A DNA stretch of 64,000 nucleotides, taken from positions 2,624,001-2,688,000 of the forward strand of contig OY762428.1 of the NCBI GenBank assembly GCA_963665665.1. Direction: 5' to 3'. How positions within the stretch are numbered: position 1 is the stretch's first letter; every line of letters starts with the position of its first letter. Of the stretch, positions 30,937-43,043 are shown one piece after another. The DNA is from Candidatus Kapaibacterium sp. (GTDB lineage: Bacteria; Bacteroidota; Ignavibacteria; Kapaibacteriales; UBA2268). The position numbers and the translations under genes are program-made. The notes beneath the pieces are model-generated. The model was not told the origin of the DNA and ran no database searches. It saw nothing but the letters and a program-made list of their open reading frames with translations.

Positions 30937-31189
30937 AGTTTACCGTTATAGATTAATGATACATTACTGATAATTAATTATAATATAATAATTCTTTACG
31001 AAAATATAAATCTTTAATTGGATAAAACCGGTAATAAAAAAAAATTTCTGAGTTGTAGTGATGCCTAATTCTATAAATATATTAATAAAAGTTAATGATA
31101 AATTTAATTATAATATCTTAAATATCTGAAATATATCAAGATAATATTACAAAACATCGTTTCTATGAAATAGCTCTGCTAACTTGCAA

Positions 31190-31250
31190 GTAGGACATTT
31201 CCCTACAAAGGTAAGCCTAATGCCTACATACGAAATAGATTTTGGCCTAC
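31190..31250. promoter_or_regulatory. Three operator-like RTAR-N8/9-CTAC palindromic boxes upstream of MCP1
   Basis: Same three boxes with the same spacing occur at 36615..36675. Confidence 0.6.
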
Positions 31251-31339
31251 AAATAAATTGATATTTATGGGATATATTATTGCCAGTACTATTGAAAATG
31301 TCAATGAAATTATTATTTCTTATAAACTATGAGGTTGAT

Positions 31340-34300
31340 ATGAGTTTAAAAAACATGAAAATTGGAAGCAGGATTGCTTTAACGGGGGGGATATTGATAG
31401 TTTTCCTCGCTATTGTAAGTATCTACTCTCTGTATGAATTTGGCAATATGAATGATCATATTCAGAAAATGGCAAACGACCGCTTTCCGAAAACAGTTCA
31501 GGCGAATATAATTATTGATGATGTAAATGTTATTGCCCGTTCTATTAGGAATATGATTTTATTGGATGAAACACTTCATGACGAAATTATCAAGCAGGAT
31601 AAAAGAATTGACAAAGCTTCAAGTAGTATAAAAGTAACTGTCGGTGAACTTGAAAAAGTGATTAAATCCGGAAAGGGTATTGAATTACTGACCGATTTGA
31701 AGGACAATGAACAAAAAGCATTCAAAGAAATTGCTATGATCAGGGATTATGCTTTGAAGCACGATGTTGAAAACGCAGAAAAATTATTATTCGGAGAATA
31801 TAGAAAGTTACAGGCAGATTATGTTAAAGCTATCGAAAACCTGATTGAATACCAGGGTGAATTGATGCATGAAGCAGCAAGGGATGCTGATGATCAGCTT
31901 AGCCAGGCTACCATGCTGATTATTGGCCTTTTGGTAGTATGCATTATAATAGCAGTTATTTTAGTATTAATGCTTACAAAAAGTATTAATAATCCAATCA
32001 ATAAGTGTGTGGAAGGTGCAAAGAAAATTGCAGCCGGAAATCTTAATGTTGATTTGGAAGCAGTAAGTGAGGATGAAACCGGGATATTGCTTAATTCAAT
32101 GAAAAGCATGAAGGTCAGCATTGAGAATATGATAAAAGAGACAAACAGTTTGTCGGAAGCAGCAACATTGGGTAAACTGGATCACCGTGGCGATACTGCT
32201 AAATTCAAAGGTGAGTTTGCCACCCTTATTGGTGGAATAAACGAAACACTCGATGCTGTTATCAGCCCTTTGAATGTAACTGCCGAATATGTTGACCGCA
32301 TAAGCAAGGGCGATATTCCTCCGAAAATTACAGATGAATATAATGGTGATTTCAATGAGATCAAGAATAACCTGAACTTGTGTATTGATGTTATGAACGG
32401 CCTTCTTGGCGAGACAAACGATCTTGTAATTGCAACTAAAAAAGGTAAACTTGATAAACGCGGGGATGCAGGGAAATATACCGGTGACTGGCAAAAGCTA
32501 ATTAGCGGCGTGAACGACCTTATAGATGCCTTCGTCGGTCCGATAAACGTGACTGCTGAATATGTTGACCGCATAAGCAAAGGCGATATTCCACCCCGCA
32601 TAGTGGACGAATACCAGGGTGATTTCAACGAGATCAAGAATAACCTGAATTTGTGTATTGATGTTATGAACGGCCTGCTTTCGGAAACTGGTGAATTAAT
32701 TAATGCAGCTACAAACGGTAAACTGGATAAGAGAGGCAATAAGGAACAATTCATAGGAAGCTGGAAAGACTTGATTGGTGGTGTAAACGACCTGATAGAT
32801 GCATTCGTGGGGCCGATAAACGTAACAGCCGAATATGTTGACCGCATAAGCAAAGGCGATATTCCTCCGAAAATTACAGATGAATATAATGGTGATTTCA
32901 ATGAGATAAAGAATAATCTGAACTTGTGTATTGATTCGATAAATGAATTAGTAAGTGATGTTGATCTTCTGATTGTTGCTGCAGGTAAAGAGGAATTTGA
33001 TACAAGAGCAGATGCTGACAAGCACAGCGGAAATTATAAAGACATAGTTAACGGGATAAACAAGACACTTGAATTGGTTGCAGGCAAGCTCTATATTTAT
33101 GAAGCATCTCTTGATTCATTGCCATTCCCAGTTTCAATTACTGATATGGATATGAACTGGATATTCTTCAACAGAGCTGTTAGTGAAATTACTGGCCTCG
33201 ACAGGTCTCAGATGTTAGGGAAGCAATGCAGTAACTGGAATGCAGATATTTGCAATAGTGAAAAATGTGGTATTCAACTTCTAAGAAAGGGATCGCCGAC
33301 AAGTTATTTCAAACAGCCCGGATTAGATCAGGATTTCAAAGTAGATACAACATACATAGTGGATAACAGTGGCGGACAAATTGGGCACATAGAGATTATT
33401 CAGGATGTTACGGCAACCAACAGGGTCAGGGAATACATGGATAAAGAGGTCAACAAGCTGGCAGAAAACCTTGTTGAATTCTCTAAAGGAAATCTTAGTA
33501 TTGATACATCAGTATCGGATTCAGATAAATATACCGAAGAAACCAGAAAGAAATTCCTTGTGATCAAAGAGGCTATTGACGAATCTATACGTTCTGTAGG
33601 AGATGTGCTTGGTGAAGTTAACACAATGGTAGGATCAGTTGTTAAGGGTGCTTTGGATAAAAGAGGCAATAAAGATCAGTTCAACGGTGAATGGCAAACG
33701 CTCATTGGCGGCGTGAATGATCTTATTGATGCTTTCGTGGGGCCGATAAACGTAACTGCCGAATATGTTGACCGCATAAGCAAAGGCGACATACCGCCCC
33801 GCATTGTGGATGAATACCATGGTGATTTCAATGAGATCAAGAATAACCTGAACCAGTGTATTGACATTATGACCGGACTTCTTGGAGAGACTAATAACCT
33901 TGTGGAGGCAACCAAGGCAGGTAAGCTTGACAAGCGCGGCGATAAGGATAGATTCACTGGTGATTGGCAGGCGCTTATTGGCGGAGTAAATGACCTGATT
34001 GATGCTTTTGTAGGGCCGATAAACGTAACTGCCGAATATGTTGACCGCATAAGCAAAGGCGATATCCCACCCCGCATTGTGGATGAATACCATGGTGATT
34101 TCAACGAGATCAAGAATAACCTGAATCTGTGTATTGATGTTATGAACGGCCTGGTTTCAGAAACTGAAGGATTGATTAATGCCGCTACAAACGGTAAGCT
34201 GGATATGAGAGGCGATAAGGAACAATTCGTAGGAAGCTGGAAAGAACTTATTGGCGGAGTAAATGACCTGATTGATGCTTTTGTAGGGCCGATAAACGTA

Positions 34301-36310
34301 ACTGCCGAATATGTTGACCGCATAAGCAAAGGCGATATCCCACCCCGCATTGTTGATGAATACAAAGGCGATTTCAATGAGATCAAGAATAATCTGAATG
34401 TTTGTATAGAAGCAATTACTTCACTTGTTAGTGATGCTAATATGCTTGCAAAGGCAGGATCCGAAGGACGGTTGAGAATAAGGGCTAATGCCGATAAACA
34501 TGGCGGTGATTTTAGAAATATAATTGCAGGTGTGAATAATACACTTGATGCAGTAGTGGGATTGCTTGACAACCTGCCGATACCGGCAATGGGTATAGAT
34601 TCAGACTTCAATATTGTATATATGAATAATACCGGGGCAAGCATTAGCGGAAAGAATGGCAAAGACCTTGAAGGCATTAAATGTTATGATTACTTTAAGA
34701 CTGAAGACTGCAAAACACAAAATTGTGCCTGCCACAGGGCAATGCAGACTAAATCAATAGCATCGAGTGAAACAAGTGCTCAGCCGGTTCCGGGTGTTGA
34801 CCTTGAAATTTCATATTCAGGTATTCCTATCAAAGATGATAAGGGCAATGCCATAGGCGCCTTTGAAGTGGTAATGGATCAGACAGAAATTAAAACTGCC
34901 ATGAACCGTAATAACAAGATAGCCGAATACCAGGCTATAGAAACCAACAAACTTGTAGAAGCTCTCGAAATGCTGGCCGAAGGTGACTTCAGCGCTCATG
35001 TTGACCTTAACGATCCCGATGATGACACCAGCGAGGCATTTGATATTCTTTCCAGGATATTGTCTGCAATAAGGAAATTCACCAACGCTGTATTCCAGTT
35101 GCAGGACGATGTGAAGCAGCTTTCCGGTGCAGCTGTTGAAGGCAACCTTGCCCACAGGGCCGATACCGTTAGGCATAACGGCGACTTCCGCACATTGGTT
35201 GAAGGCCTGAATGCAACCCTGGACTTCATTATCGAACCGGTCAACGAGGCCAATGAAATCCTGTCCTTCCTTGCTCAGGGCGATCTGACAGTGAAAGTAA
35301 GCGGAGATTACAAAGGCGACCATAAGAAGCTGAAAGAAAGCATGAATCACCTTTCCGATTCACTTGCCAATGTTATCAGCCGTGTACGTGCATCAGTGGA
35401 ATCAGTATCCAGTGCATCGATTGAGACCTCGTCAACGGCAGAAGCAATGGCGGCAGCCTCCCAGGAACAGTCCTCACAGGCAGATGAAGTTGCATCGGCA
35501 GTGGAGGAAATGTCCAGAACAATAACAGAGAATGCCATGGCAGCAGGCCGAACAGCAGAAGTAGCCGAGAAGAACGGCAGCATAGCCAAAGACGGCGGTG
35601 ATGTAGTTGAGCAGACAATAAATAAGATGAAGGATATAGCCAGTGTTGTACACCAGTCGGCTGAGAATATTGAGAAACTCGGCGAATCAAGCAAGAAGAT
35701 TGGCGAGATAATATCGGTAATTGATGATATTGCCGACCAGACCAACCTTCTGGCACTGAATGCAGCAATCGAAGCAGCCCGTGCCGGTGAGCAGGGCCGG
35801 GGATTTGCTGTTGTAGCAGACGAAGTAAGGAAACTTGCCGAACGCACCACCGAGGCAACCAAGCAGATAGCCTCGATGATCAAAGGCATTCAGGCAGAGA
35901 CCGAGGTTGCCGTGAAAGTAATGACACATGGTAACGAAGAAGTTAAAAGCGGAATAGAACTTGCTGACAGAGCAGGCAATGCCCTTGAGCAGGTAGTTGG
36001 AAGCAGTCAGGAAGTGCTTGATATGATTAACCAGATAGCCGCCGCCAGCGAGGAGCAGTCCTCCACCAGCGAACAGATATCACAGAACGTGATGGCCATC
36101 TCCAAGGTAACAGCTGATTCGGCCCGCAGGGTTGAAGAGATAGCCGGGGCTTCGGAAGGTATAGCCAAACTATCAGAAGAACTTGCAGGCCTGATGGCAG
36201 CCTTCAAGATTGCTGATTCTGCATATTCACTCGGATCGGGCAGCTCAGGTATGGTCAATCAGAAACTGGAAGCAAGAGAAAACAAAATGCTTACGGGGTA
36301 TGAAGAATAA
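31340..36310 (+). CDS. Methyl-accepting chemotaxis protein (4HB sensor, poly-HAMP, 2 PAS, signalling domain)
   Basis: Two TM helices; six '[19 protein letters not shown]' units; [37 protein letters not shown]; GAGG SD before the ATG at 31340. Confidence 0.95.
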   Translation: MSLKNMKIGSRIALTGGILIVFLAIVSIYSLYEFGNMNDHIQKMANDRFPKTVQANIIIDDVNVIARSIRNMILLDETLHDEIIKQDKRIDKASSSIKVTVGELEKVIKSGKGIELLTDLKDNEQKAFKEIAMIRDYALKHDVENAEKLLFGEYRKLQADYVKAIENLIEYQGELMHEAARDADDQLSQATMLIIGLLVVCIIIAVILVLMLTKSINNPINKCVEGAKKIAAGNLNVDLEAVSEDETGILLNSMKSMKVSIENMIKETNSLSEAATLGKLDHRGDTAKFKGEFATLIGGINETLDAVISPLNVTAEYVDRISKGDIPPKITDEYNGDFNEIKNNLNLCIDVMNGLLGETNDLVIATKKGKLDKRGDAGKYTGDWQKLISGVNDLIDAFVGPINVTAEYVDRISKGDIPPRIVDEYQGDFNEIKNNLNLCIDVMNGLLSETGELINAATNGKLDKRGNKEQFIGSWKDLIGGVNDLIDAFVGPINVTAEYVDRISKGDIPPKITDEYNGDFNEIKNNLNLCIDSINELVSDVDLLIVAAGKEEFDTRADADKHSGNYKDIVNGINKTLELVAGKLYIYEASLDSLPFPVSITDMDMNWIFFNRAVSEITGLDRSQMLGKQCSNWNADICNSEKCGIQLLRKGSPTSYFKQPGLDQDFKVDTTYIVDNSGGQIGHIEIIQDVTATNRVREYMDKEVNKLAENLVEFSKGNLSIDTSVSDSDKYTEETRKKFLVIKEAIDESIRSVGDVLGEVNTMVGSVVKGALDKRGNKDQFNGEWQTLIGGVNDLIDAFVGPINVTAEYVDRISKGDIPPRIVDEYHGDFNEIKNNLNQCIDIMTGLLGETNNLVEATKAGKLDKRGDKDRFTGDWQALIGGVNDLIDAFVGPINVTAEYVDRISKGDIPPRIVDEYHGDFNEIKNNLNLCIDVMNGLVSETEGLINAATNGKLDMRGDKEQFVGSWKELIGGVNDLIDAFVGPINVTAEYVDRISKGDIPPRIVDEYKGDFNEIKNNLNVCIEAITSLVSDANMLAKAGSEGRLRIRANADKHGGDFRNIIAGVNNTLDAVVGLLDNLPIPAMGIDSDFNIVYMNNTGASISGKNGKDLEGIKCYDYFKTEDCKTQNCACHRAMQTKSIASSETSAQPVPGVDLEISYSGIPIKDDKGNAIGAFEVVMDQTEIKTAMNRNNKIAEYQAIETNKLVEALEMLAEGDFSAHVDLNDPDDDTSEAFDILSRILSAIRKFTNAVFQLQDDVKQLSGAAVEGNLAHRADTVRHNGDFRTLVEGLNATLDFIIEPVNEANEILSFLAQGDLTVKVSGDYKGDHKKLKESMNHLSDSLANVISRVRASVESVSSASIETSSTAEAMAAASQEQSSQADEVASAVEEMSRTITENAMAAGRTAEVAEKNGSIAKDGGDVVEQTINKMKDIASVVHQSAENIEKLGESSKKIGEIISVIDDIADQTNLLALNAAIEAARAGEQGRGFAVVADEVRKLAERTTEATKQIASMIKGIQAETEVAVKVMTHGNEEVKSGIELADRAGNALEQVVGSSQEVLDMINQIAAASEEQSSTSEQISQNVMAISKVTADSARRVEEIAGASEGIAKLSEELAGLMAAFKIADSAYSLGSGSSGMVNQKLEARENKMLTGYEE

Positions 36311-36352
36311 AATGATTAAGTAGATATCCGATTATCCCTATTACTATTGCGG

Positions 36353-36385
36353 AGCTGTCCTGTATTAAATGCAGGGCAGCTTTTT
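36353..36385 (+). terminator. Intrinsic terminator of MCP1
   Basis: AGCTGTCCTGTA...TGCAGGGCAGCTTTTT. Confidence 0.8.
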
Positions 36386-36614
36386 AAATTAAGGAACAAT
36401 GATCGTTAGGTAGAGGATAAAATTATTATAAAAATAGATTAATAAAAATTAATAAAATAGATAAAAAATTAAAATTGAATATTAAAAAATAAAACAAATA
36501 AATTAAAAAATATATCTTTTAAACTAATAACAATCAATAAATAAAATATTCTGACATATCTAATATAACCAATCAATTAAATGTATTGAAGAGCTTATAT
36601 ATCTATATATGAAT

Positions 36615-36675
36615 GTAGTCGTTAGCACTACAAATGTAAGCCGTTTCCCTACATAAAAAATAGACTTTGGCCTAC
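36615..36675. promoter_or_regulatory. Three operator-like boxes upstream of MCP2
   Basis: gtagtcgttagcactac / gtaagccgtttccctac / atagactttggcctac. Confidence 0.6.
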
Positions 36676-36744
36676 AAATAAATAATATTAACATGTTATA
36701 TTAATAACAAAACAAATTGTAACCATTATCTATTTGGGAGAAAA

Positions 36745-39700
36745 ATGAAAATAAAAGATTTAAAAATAGCTCACAAGCTGAACGGAGGATTTGGCATAAT
36801 ACTGATCCTTCTTGTTATAGTAGGCGCTGTCGGTATTTTCGGTTTTGGCAGCTACAGGGAAATTGCCCGGGATAATGTCCTGATGGGCAGAATTCAGGCA
36901 AACCTGCTGATGTGCCGTTTAATGGTAAAGGAATTTGTGAAAACATCAAGCGAAGCTTCAGTAGAGGAGTTTAATACAAGAATGACTCAACTAAAGGAAT
37001 TTGTGCAGGAAGCTCAGGATGATATCAATAATTCTGCAAGAGCCGAAAAAGTAGATTTGATAGATCAGGATATTACAAAATATCAAGATGGATTTAAGCA
37101 GGTAACTGATTATGCAGCAAAGCGAAATCAGATAGTAGCGGATCTTGCCGGTAAGGGTTTGAAAATGCGGGAGAACCTAACAGAGATTATGAAAACTGCT
37201 TATAGGGACGGCGACCCTTCGGCGGCATATTATGCGGGGCGTGCTCAGGAACACGTTGTTCTTGGCAGGCTATACGTTTATAAGTTCCTGGATCAGAATT
37301 TTCAGGAAGATTATAACAGGGCAATAAAGGAATTTATTGACGAAACAGATCACCTGCTTGCCACAATGGATCAGAATCTTCAGAATTCTAACAGGCGCAG
37401 GATGCTTGCGGAAGTTGTTGAAATCAAAGAAAATTATCTGAAAAATCTGGACGAGCTGAAAAATACAATTTTTGCAAGGAACGAAGTTATTAAAGGTACA
37501 CTTGATAAAATTGGCCCTGAAGTTGCTGACGCTGCCGAATGGATTAAGCTGGATATAAAAGAAGAACAGGATACACTCGGCCCGATGGTAACCACAATAC
37601 TAATTGTGGCTTCAATTCTGGGTGTCATTTTATCCTTTATTGTTTCAATAACAATCACTAAGCAAATTAAACAGCCGGTGGATGAAATACTTGATGTTGC
37701 ACTTGCAATGTCGGAAGGTAATGTAAATAAGAAGATCACAATAAAACAAAAGGATGAAATCGGCCAAATGGCAGATGCCTTCAAGGAAATGCAGGGTGTT
37801 GTACAGAATATTCTGGGAGAAACCGACCGCCTGATTGGCGCTACCAAGGACGGTAAATTAGATGCCCGTGGTAATGCTGCCGACTATAAAGGCAGCTGGA
37901 ATGATCTTATCGAGGGTGTAAATGATCTGATCAATGCCTTCGTTGGCCCGATAAACGTAACTGCCGAATATGTTGACAGAATTAGCAAGGGTGATATTCC
38001 TCCAAGGATAACTGATGAATACAAAGGCGATTTCAACGAGATCAAAAACAACCTGAATCAGTGTATCGATATAATGTCGTCATTACTTGTTGAAACGAAT
38101 ACACTCGTGGAAGGGGCTAAGAACGGCAAGCTGGATCTCAGGGCTGACAAAAATAAATTCACCGGCGACTGGCAAACCCTTGTCGGCGGAGTGAATGAAC
38201 TTGTTGATGCTTTTGTAGGGCCGATAAACGTAACAGCCGAATATGTTGACAGAATCAGTAAGGGAGATATTCCTCCGAAAATTGTGGATGAATATAAGGG
38301 TGATTTCAACGAGATCAAGAATAATCTGAATCAATGTATAAATATAATGACGGCGTTGCTTGATGAAACAGGTATGCTTATCGATGCAACAAAGAATGGC
38401 AAACTGGATGTAAGGGCAAATAAAGATACATTTACCGGCGATTGGCAGACTCTTGTCGGGGGAGTGAATGAACTTGTTGACGCTTTTGTGGGGCCGATTA
38501 ATGTAACTGCCGAATATGTTGACAGAATTAGTAAAGGTGATATTCCACCGAAGATTACCGACGAATACAAAGGCGATTTCAACGAGATCAAAAACAACCT
38601 GAATCAATGTATCAATATCATGACATCATTGCTCGATGAAACAGGTATGCTTATCGATGCTACTAAAAATGGAAGACTTGATGTCAGAGCAAATAAAGAA
38701 ACATTTACCGGCGACTGGCAGACTCTTGTCGGCGGAGTGAATGAGCTGGTTGATGCATTCGTTGGCCCCATTAATGTAACAGCAGAATATGTAGACAGGA
38801 TTAGCAAAGGGGATATTCCACCGAAGATCACCGACGAATACAAAGGTGATTTCAACGAGATCAAAAACAACCTGAATCAGTGTATTGATGTGCTAAACGG
38901 GCTGATTAATGAAATGAACCACATGAGTACACAGCATGATCTGGGCGATATTGATGTGATTATTCCTGTTGATAATTTTACAGGTGCATATAATACTATG
39001 GCACAGGGAATAAATGATATGGTTAATGGCCATATAAGTGTTAAGAAAAAAGCAATGGCATGTATTGCAGAATTCGGCGAAGGTAATTTCGATGCCGAAA
39101 TTGAGCAGTTCCCCGGCAAGAAGAAATTTATTAACGATACTATCGAGGCTGTAAGAGTTAACTTGAAGAAAATTGCTTCTGAAGTTAATGAACTTATTGA
39201 TGCTACGAAAGAAGGTAAACTGGATGTCAGGGGTAACAGAAATAACTTTACAGGTGATTGGGCAGAGTTAGTTTCCGGAATGAATGATCTTATTGATGCA
39301 TTTGTAGCTCCGATAAATGTAACAGCCGAATATGTTGACAGAATTAGTAAAGGAGATATTCCACCGAAGATAACAGATGAATATAAAGGTGATTTCAACG
39401 AGATCAAGAATAACCTGAACCAGTGTATAGATGTACTTAACGGGTTGATTAATGACATGAACCACATGAGTACACAGCACGACCTGGGCGATATTGATGT
39501 TATTATTCCAGTTGATAATTTTTCAGGTGCATATAATACTATGGCACAGGGTATAAACGATATGGTTAACGGCCATATAAGTGTAAAGAAAAAAGCAATG
39601 GTATGTATTGCAGAATTCGGCGAAGGTAATTTCGATGCCGAAATTGAGCAGTTCCCCGGCAAGAAGAAATTTATTAACGATACTATCGAGGCTGTAAGGG

Positions 39701-41874
39701 TTAACCTGAAAAATATTTCGACTGAAGTAAAAGACCTTATAAATGCTTCTAAAAACGGGAAACTTGATGTACGGGGCGACAGGAATAAGTTTACCGGCGA
39801 CTGGGCTGAACTTGTTTCCGGTATGAATGACCTTATTGATGCTTTTGTGGGGCCTATAAACGTTACCGCTGAATATGTTGACAGAATCAGTAAGGGAGAT
39901 ATACCTCCGAAGATAACAGATGAATATAAAGGTGATTTTAATGAGATCAAGAATAATCTGAATGTATGTATTGATGCGATTAGCAGCATGGTTGCCGATG
40001 CGAACATGCTTGCGAAAGCCGGCTCCGAAGGCCGATTAAGAACAAGAGCCAATGCTGACAAACATGGTGGCGATTTCCGTAATATCATCGCAGGAGTGAA
40101 TAATACACTTGACTCTGTTGTTGGTGTTATTGATAATCTTCCGATACCTGCAATGGGCATTGATAAAGACTTCAATATAATTTATATGAATGATACAGGT
40201 GCTGGCCTTAGCGGGAAAACCGGAAGTGAAGTTGAAGGTATGAAATGCTTCGACCACTTCAAGACTTCAGACTGTAAAACACAAAATTGTGCTGCTCACA
40301 GGGCAATGCAGACTAAATCAATATCATCGAGTGAAACAAGTGCTCAGCCGGTTCCGGGTGTTGAACTTGAAATATCATATTCAGGTATTCCTATTAAAGA
40401 CGATAAGGGCAATGCCATAGGCGCCTTTGAAGTGGTAATGGATCAGACAGAAATTAAAACTGCCATGAACCGTAATAACAAGATAGCCGAATACCAGGCT
40501 ATAGAAACCAACAAACTTGTAGAAGCTCTTGAAATGCTGGCCGAAGGTGACTTCAGCGCTCATGTTGACCTTAACGATCCCGATGATGATACCCGCGAGG
40601 CATTTGATATCTTGTCCAGAATATTAACTGCAATAAGGAAATTTACCGGTGCTGTGTTCCAGTTGCAGGACGATGTGAAGCAGCTTTCCGGTGCAGCTGT
40701 TGACGGCAACCTTGCCCACAGGGCCGATACCGTTAGGCATAACGGCGACTTCCGCACATTGGTTGAAGGCCTGAATGCAACCCTGGACTTCATTATCGAA
40801 CCGGTCAACGAGGCCAATGAAATCCTGTCCTTCCTTGCTCAGGGCGATCTGACAGTGAAAGTAAGCGGAGATTACAAAGGCGACCATAAGAAGCTGAAAG
40901 AAAGCATGAATCACCTTTCCGATTCACTTGCCAATGTTATCAGCCGTGTACGTGCATCAGTGGAATCAGTATCCAGCGCATCGATTGAGACCTCGTCAAC
41001 AGCAGAAGCAATGGCAGCGGCCTCCCAGGAACAGTCCTCACAGGCAGATGAAGTGGCTTCGGCAGTAGAGGAAATGTCCAGAACAATAACAGAGAATGCC
41101 ATGGCAGCAGGCCGAACGGCAGAAGTAGCCGAAAAGAACGGCAGCATAGCCAAAGACGGCGGTGATGTAGTTGAGCAGACAATAAATAAGATGAAGGATA
41201 TAGCCAGTGTTGTACACCAGTCGGCAGAGAATATCGAGAAACTCGGCGAATCAAGCAAGAAGATAGGCGAGATAATATCGGTAATTGATGATATTGCCGA
41301 CCAGACCAACCTTCTGGCACTGAATGCAGCAATCGAAGCAGCCCGTGCCGGTGAGCAGGGCCGGGGATTTGCTGTTGTAGCAGACGAAGTAAGGAAACTT
41401 GCCGAACGCACCACCGAGGCAACCAAGCAGATAGCCTCGATGATCAAAGGCATTCAGGCAGAGACCGAGGTTGCCGTGAAAGTAATGACACATGGTAACG
41501 AAGAAGTTAAAAGCGGAATAGAACTTGCTGACAGAGCCGGAAACGCTCTTGAACAAGTTGTTGGCAGCAGTCAGGAAGTGCTTGATATGATTAACCAGAT
41601 AGCCGCCGCCAGCGAGGAACAGTCCTCCACCAGCGAACAGATATCACAGAACGTGATGGCCATCTCCAAGGTAACAGCTGATTCAGCGCGCAGGGTAGAA
41701 GAGATAGCCGGAGCTTCGGAAGGTATAGCCAAACTATCAGAAGAACTTGCAGGCCTGATGGCAGCCTTCAAGATTGCTGATTCTGCATATTCACTGGGAT
41801 CGGGCAGTTCAGGTATGGTCAATCAGAAACTGGAAGCAAGAGAAAACAAAATGCTTACGGGGTATGAAGAATGA
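36745..41874 (+). CDS. Methyl-accepting chemotaxis protein (large helical periplasmic sensor, poly-HAMP, PAS, signalling domain)
   Basis: Two TM helices; six HAMP-pair units and a 543-bp internal duplication; signalling domain nearly identical to MCP1. Confidence 0.95.
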   Translation: MKIKDLKIAHKLNGGFGIILILLVIVGAVGIFGFGSYREIARDNVLMGRIQANLLMCRLMVKEFVKTSSEASVEEFNTRMTQLKEFVQEAQDDINNSARAEKVDLIDQDITKYQDGFKQVTDYAAKRNQIVADLAGKGLKMRENLTEIMKTAYRDGDPSAAYYAGRAQEHVVLGRLYVYKFLDQNFQEDYNRAIKEFIDETDHLLATMDQNLQNSNRRRMLAEVVEIKENYLKNLDELKNTIFARNEVIKGTLDKIGPEVADAAEWIKLDIKEEQDTLGPMVTTILIVASILGVILSFIVSITITKQIKQPVDEILDVALAMSEGNVNKKITIKQKDEIGQMADAFKEMQGVVQNILGETDRLIGATKDGKLDARGNAADYKGSWNDLIEGVNDLINAFVGPINVTAEYVDRISKGDIPPRITDEYKGDFNEIKNNLNQCIDIMSSLLVETNTLVEGAKNGKLDLRADKNKFTGDWQTLVGGVNELVDAFVGPINVTAEYVDRISKGDIPPKIVDEYKGDFNEIKNNLNQCINIMTALLDETGMLIDATKNGKLDVRANKDTFTGDWQTLVGGVNELVDAFVGPINVTAEYVDRISKGDIPPKITDEYKGDFNEIKNNLNQCINIMTSLLDETGMLIDATKNGRLDVRANKETFTGDWQTLVGGVNELVDAFVGPINVTAEYVDRISKGDIPPKITDEYKGDFNEIKNNLNQCIDVLNGLINEMNHMSTQHDLGDIDVIIPVDNFTGAYNTMAQGINDMVNGHISVKKKAMACIAEFGEGNFDAEIEQFPGKKKFINDTIEAVRVNLKKIASEVNELIDATKEGKLDVRGNRNNFTGDWAELVSGMNDLIDAFVAPINVTAEYVDRISKGDIPPKITDEYKGDFNEIKNNLNQCIDVLNGLINDMNHMSTQHDLGDIDVIIPVDNFSGAYNTMAQGINDMVNGHISVKKKAMVCIAEFGEGNFDAEIEQFPGKKKFINDTIEAVRVNLKNISTEVKDLINASKNGKLDVRGDRNKFTGDWAELVSGMNDLIDAFVGPINVTAEYVDRISKGDIPPKITDEYKGDFNEIKNNLNVCIDAISSMVADANMLAKAGSEGRLRTRANADKHGGDFRNIIAGVNNTLDSVVGVIDNLPIPAMGIDKDFNIIYMNDTGAGLSGKTGSEVEGMKCFDHFKTSDCKTQNCAAHRAMQTKSISSSETSAQPVPGVELEISYSGIPIKDDKGNAIGAFEVVMDQTEIKTAMNRNNKIAEYQAIETNKLVEALEMLAEGDFSAHVDLNDPDDDTREAFDILSRILTAIRKFTGAVFQLQDDVKQLSGAAVDGNLAHRADTVRHNGDFRTLVEGLNATLDFIIEPVNEANEILSFLAQGDLTVKVSGDYKGDHKKLKESMNHLSDSLANVISRVRASVESVSSASIETSSTAEAMAAASQEQSSQADEVASAVEEMSRTITENAMAAGRTAEVAEKNGSIAKDGGDVVEQTINKMKDIASVVHQSAENIEKLGESSKKIGEIISVIDDIADQTNLLALNAAIEAARAGEQGRGFAVVADEVRKLAERTTEATKQIASMIKGIQAETEVAVKVMTHGNEEVKSGIELADRAGNALEQVVGSSQEVLDMINQIAAASEEQSSTSEQISQNVMAISKVTADSARRVEEIAGASEGIAKLSEELAGLMAAFKIADSAYSLGSGSSGMVNQKLEARENKMLTGYEE

Positions 41875-41915
41875 AATGATTAAGTAGATATCCGATTATC
41901 CCTATTACTATTGCG

Positions 41916-41949
41916 AAGCTGTCCTGTATTAAATGCAGGGCAGCTTTTT
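41916..41949 (+). terminator. Intrinsic terminator of MCP2 (copy of the MCP1 terminator)
   Basis: Same hairpin and U-tract as 36353..36385. Confidence 0.8.
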
Positions 41950-42890
41950 GTATTATAATATTTGTTCATTCAGAAATTCGAAAGTATCGCTAACTTCTTC
42001 GCTGTAGTTTTTATTATTCCAATACCTTCCCGGCACTCGCAGTGTGTATCATCCCCGAATGGAGGCCCTGCCCTTATGCAATTCCTTTGTACATCAACAA
42101 TAATTTGCATTATTTCATGCTTTGGCCGGTCATATTTTGTTTTGTTCCATCTTATAAAATTTAATCACTCCTGTTTAATCCACAATTTTCGGCATATAAA
42201 AGCAAAACTTTGCATCAAATCAAACTAAAGTCGCTGCTGAACTTGCTTTCCGGCATCTGAAATATTGAAATTAACCCTCTTATTTGCCATTGTTTATCAG
42301 ACAAACCCGAATTATTTTGCAATAATATTGATTCAAATATTTGAATAATAATATTAATAATTCAAATTATACAATTATTTTTATAAATAACTAAATAATC
42401 AATAATTATTACACTATTATTAATATATCCTACCCTTTATATAGTCCATCTAACAAAAGTATTGATATAATTTATAAAATATTTAATCTGTATAATTAAA
42501 TATTTTTTATATCTGATAAAATAAATGAATTAATCAATAAAATATATTATCCATATTATAATTACTATAGTATGTTTTAAAAATTAGATGAATTGATTCT
42601 ATTATAAATCATGTTAATTATTTTCTTATTTGAATCATTAATTTGTTTATCTGTAATAATAATATGTTAAGACAGTTCAAATTATTGATTGAATAATTTG
42701 AAAATATTTTAATTTAGACCATTAATTTTACAATTAGGGATAATTATTTTGTCATTTAGTTTGGTTATTTTATCAGACATTTTAAATATTTACTGATTTA
42801 TGTATTTTATTTGATATTCAATAATCAGGAATCAGTATTTACAGGCAGGCAAAGATTATTACATAGCAATACAAAGCCGTTGAGGGTTAG

Positions 42891-42980
42891 GAGTTCGTTG
42901 AAAAACATAACGGAAATATCAGGGTGGAAAGTGAAATTGGAAAGGGTAGCAGCTTTATTGTTAGTTACCTGTCTGATTGA
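42891..42980 (+). pseudogene. Histidine kinase HATPase C-terminal remnant
   Basis: Reads EFVEKHNGNIRVESEIGKGSSFIVSYLSD* immediately after an in-frame stop. Confidence 0.7.
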
Positions 42981-42989
42981 TATTAGCAG

Positions 42990-43027
42990 AAAAAAACCTT
43001 CCGAAAATTTGTTCCGGAAGGTTTTTT
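42990..43027. terminator. Bidirectional terminator-like hairpin
   Basis: AAAAAACCTTCCG...CGGAAGGTTTTTT; the arms resemble the repeat A palindrome. Confidence 0.75.
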
Positions 43028-43043
43028 CTTTATAAAGACAAGT

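Noticed and set aside
32096-41822. Long antisense ORFs within the MCP genes (up to 432 aa)
   Set aside because: Shadow frames of repetitive coding sequence, with Ser/Ile-rich composition and no domain signal.
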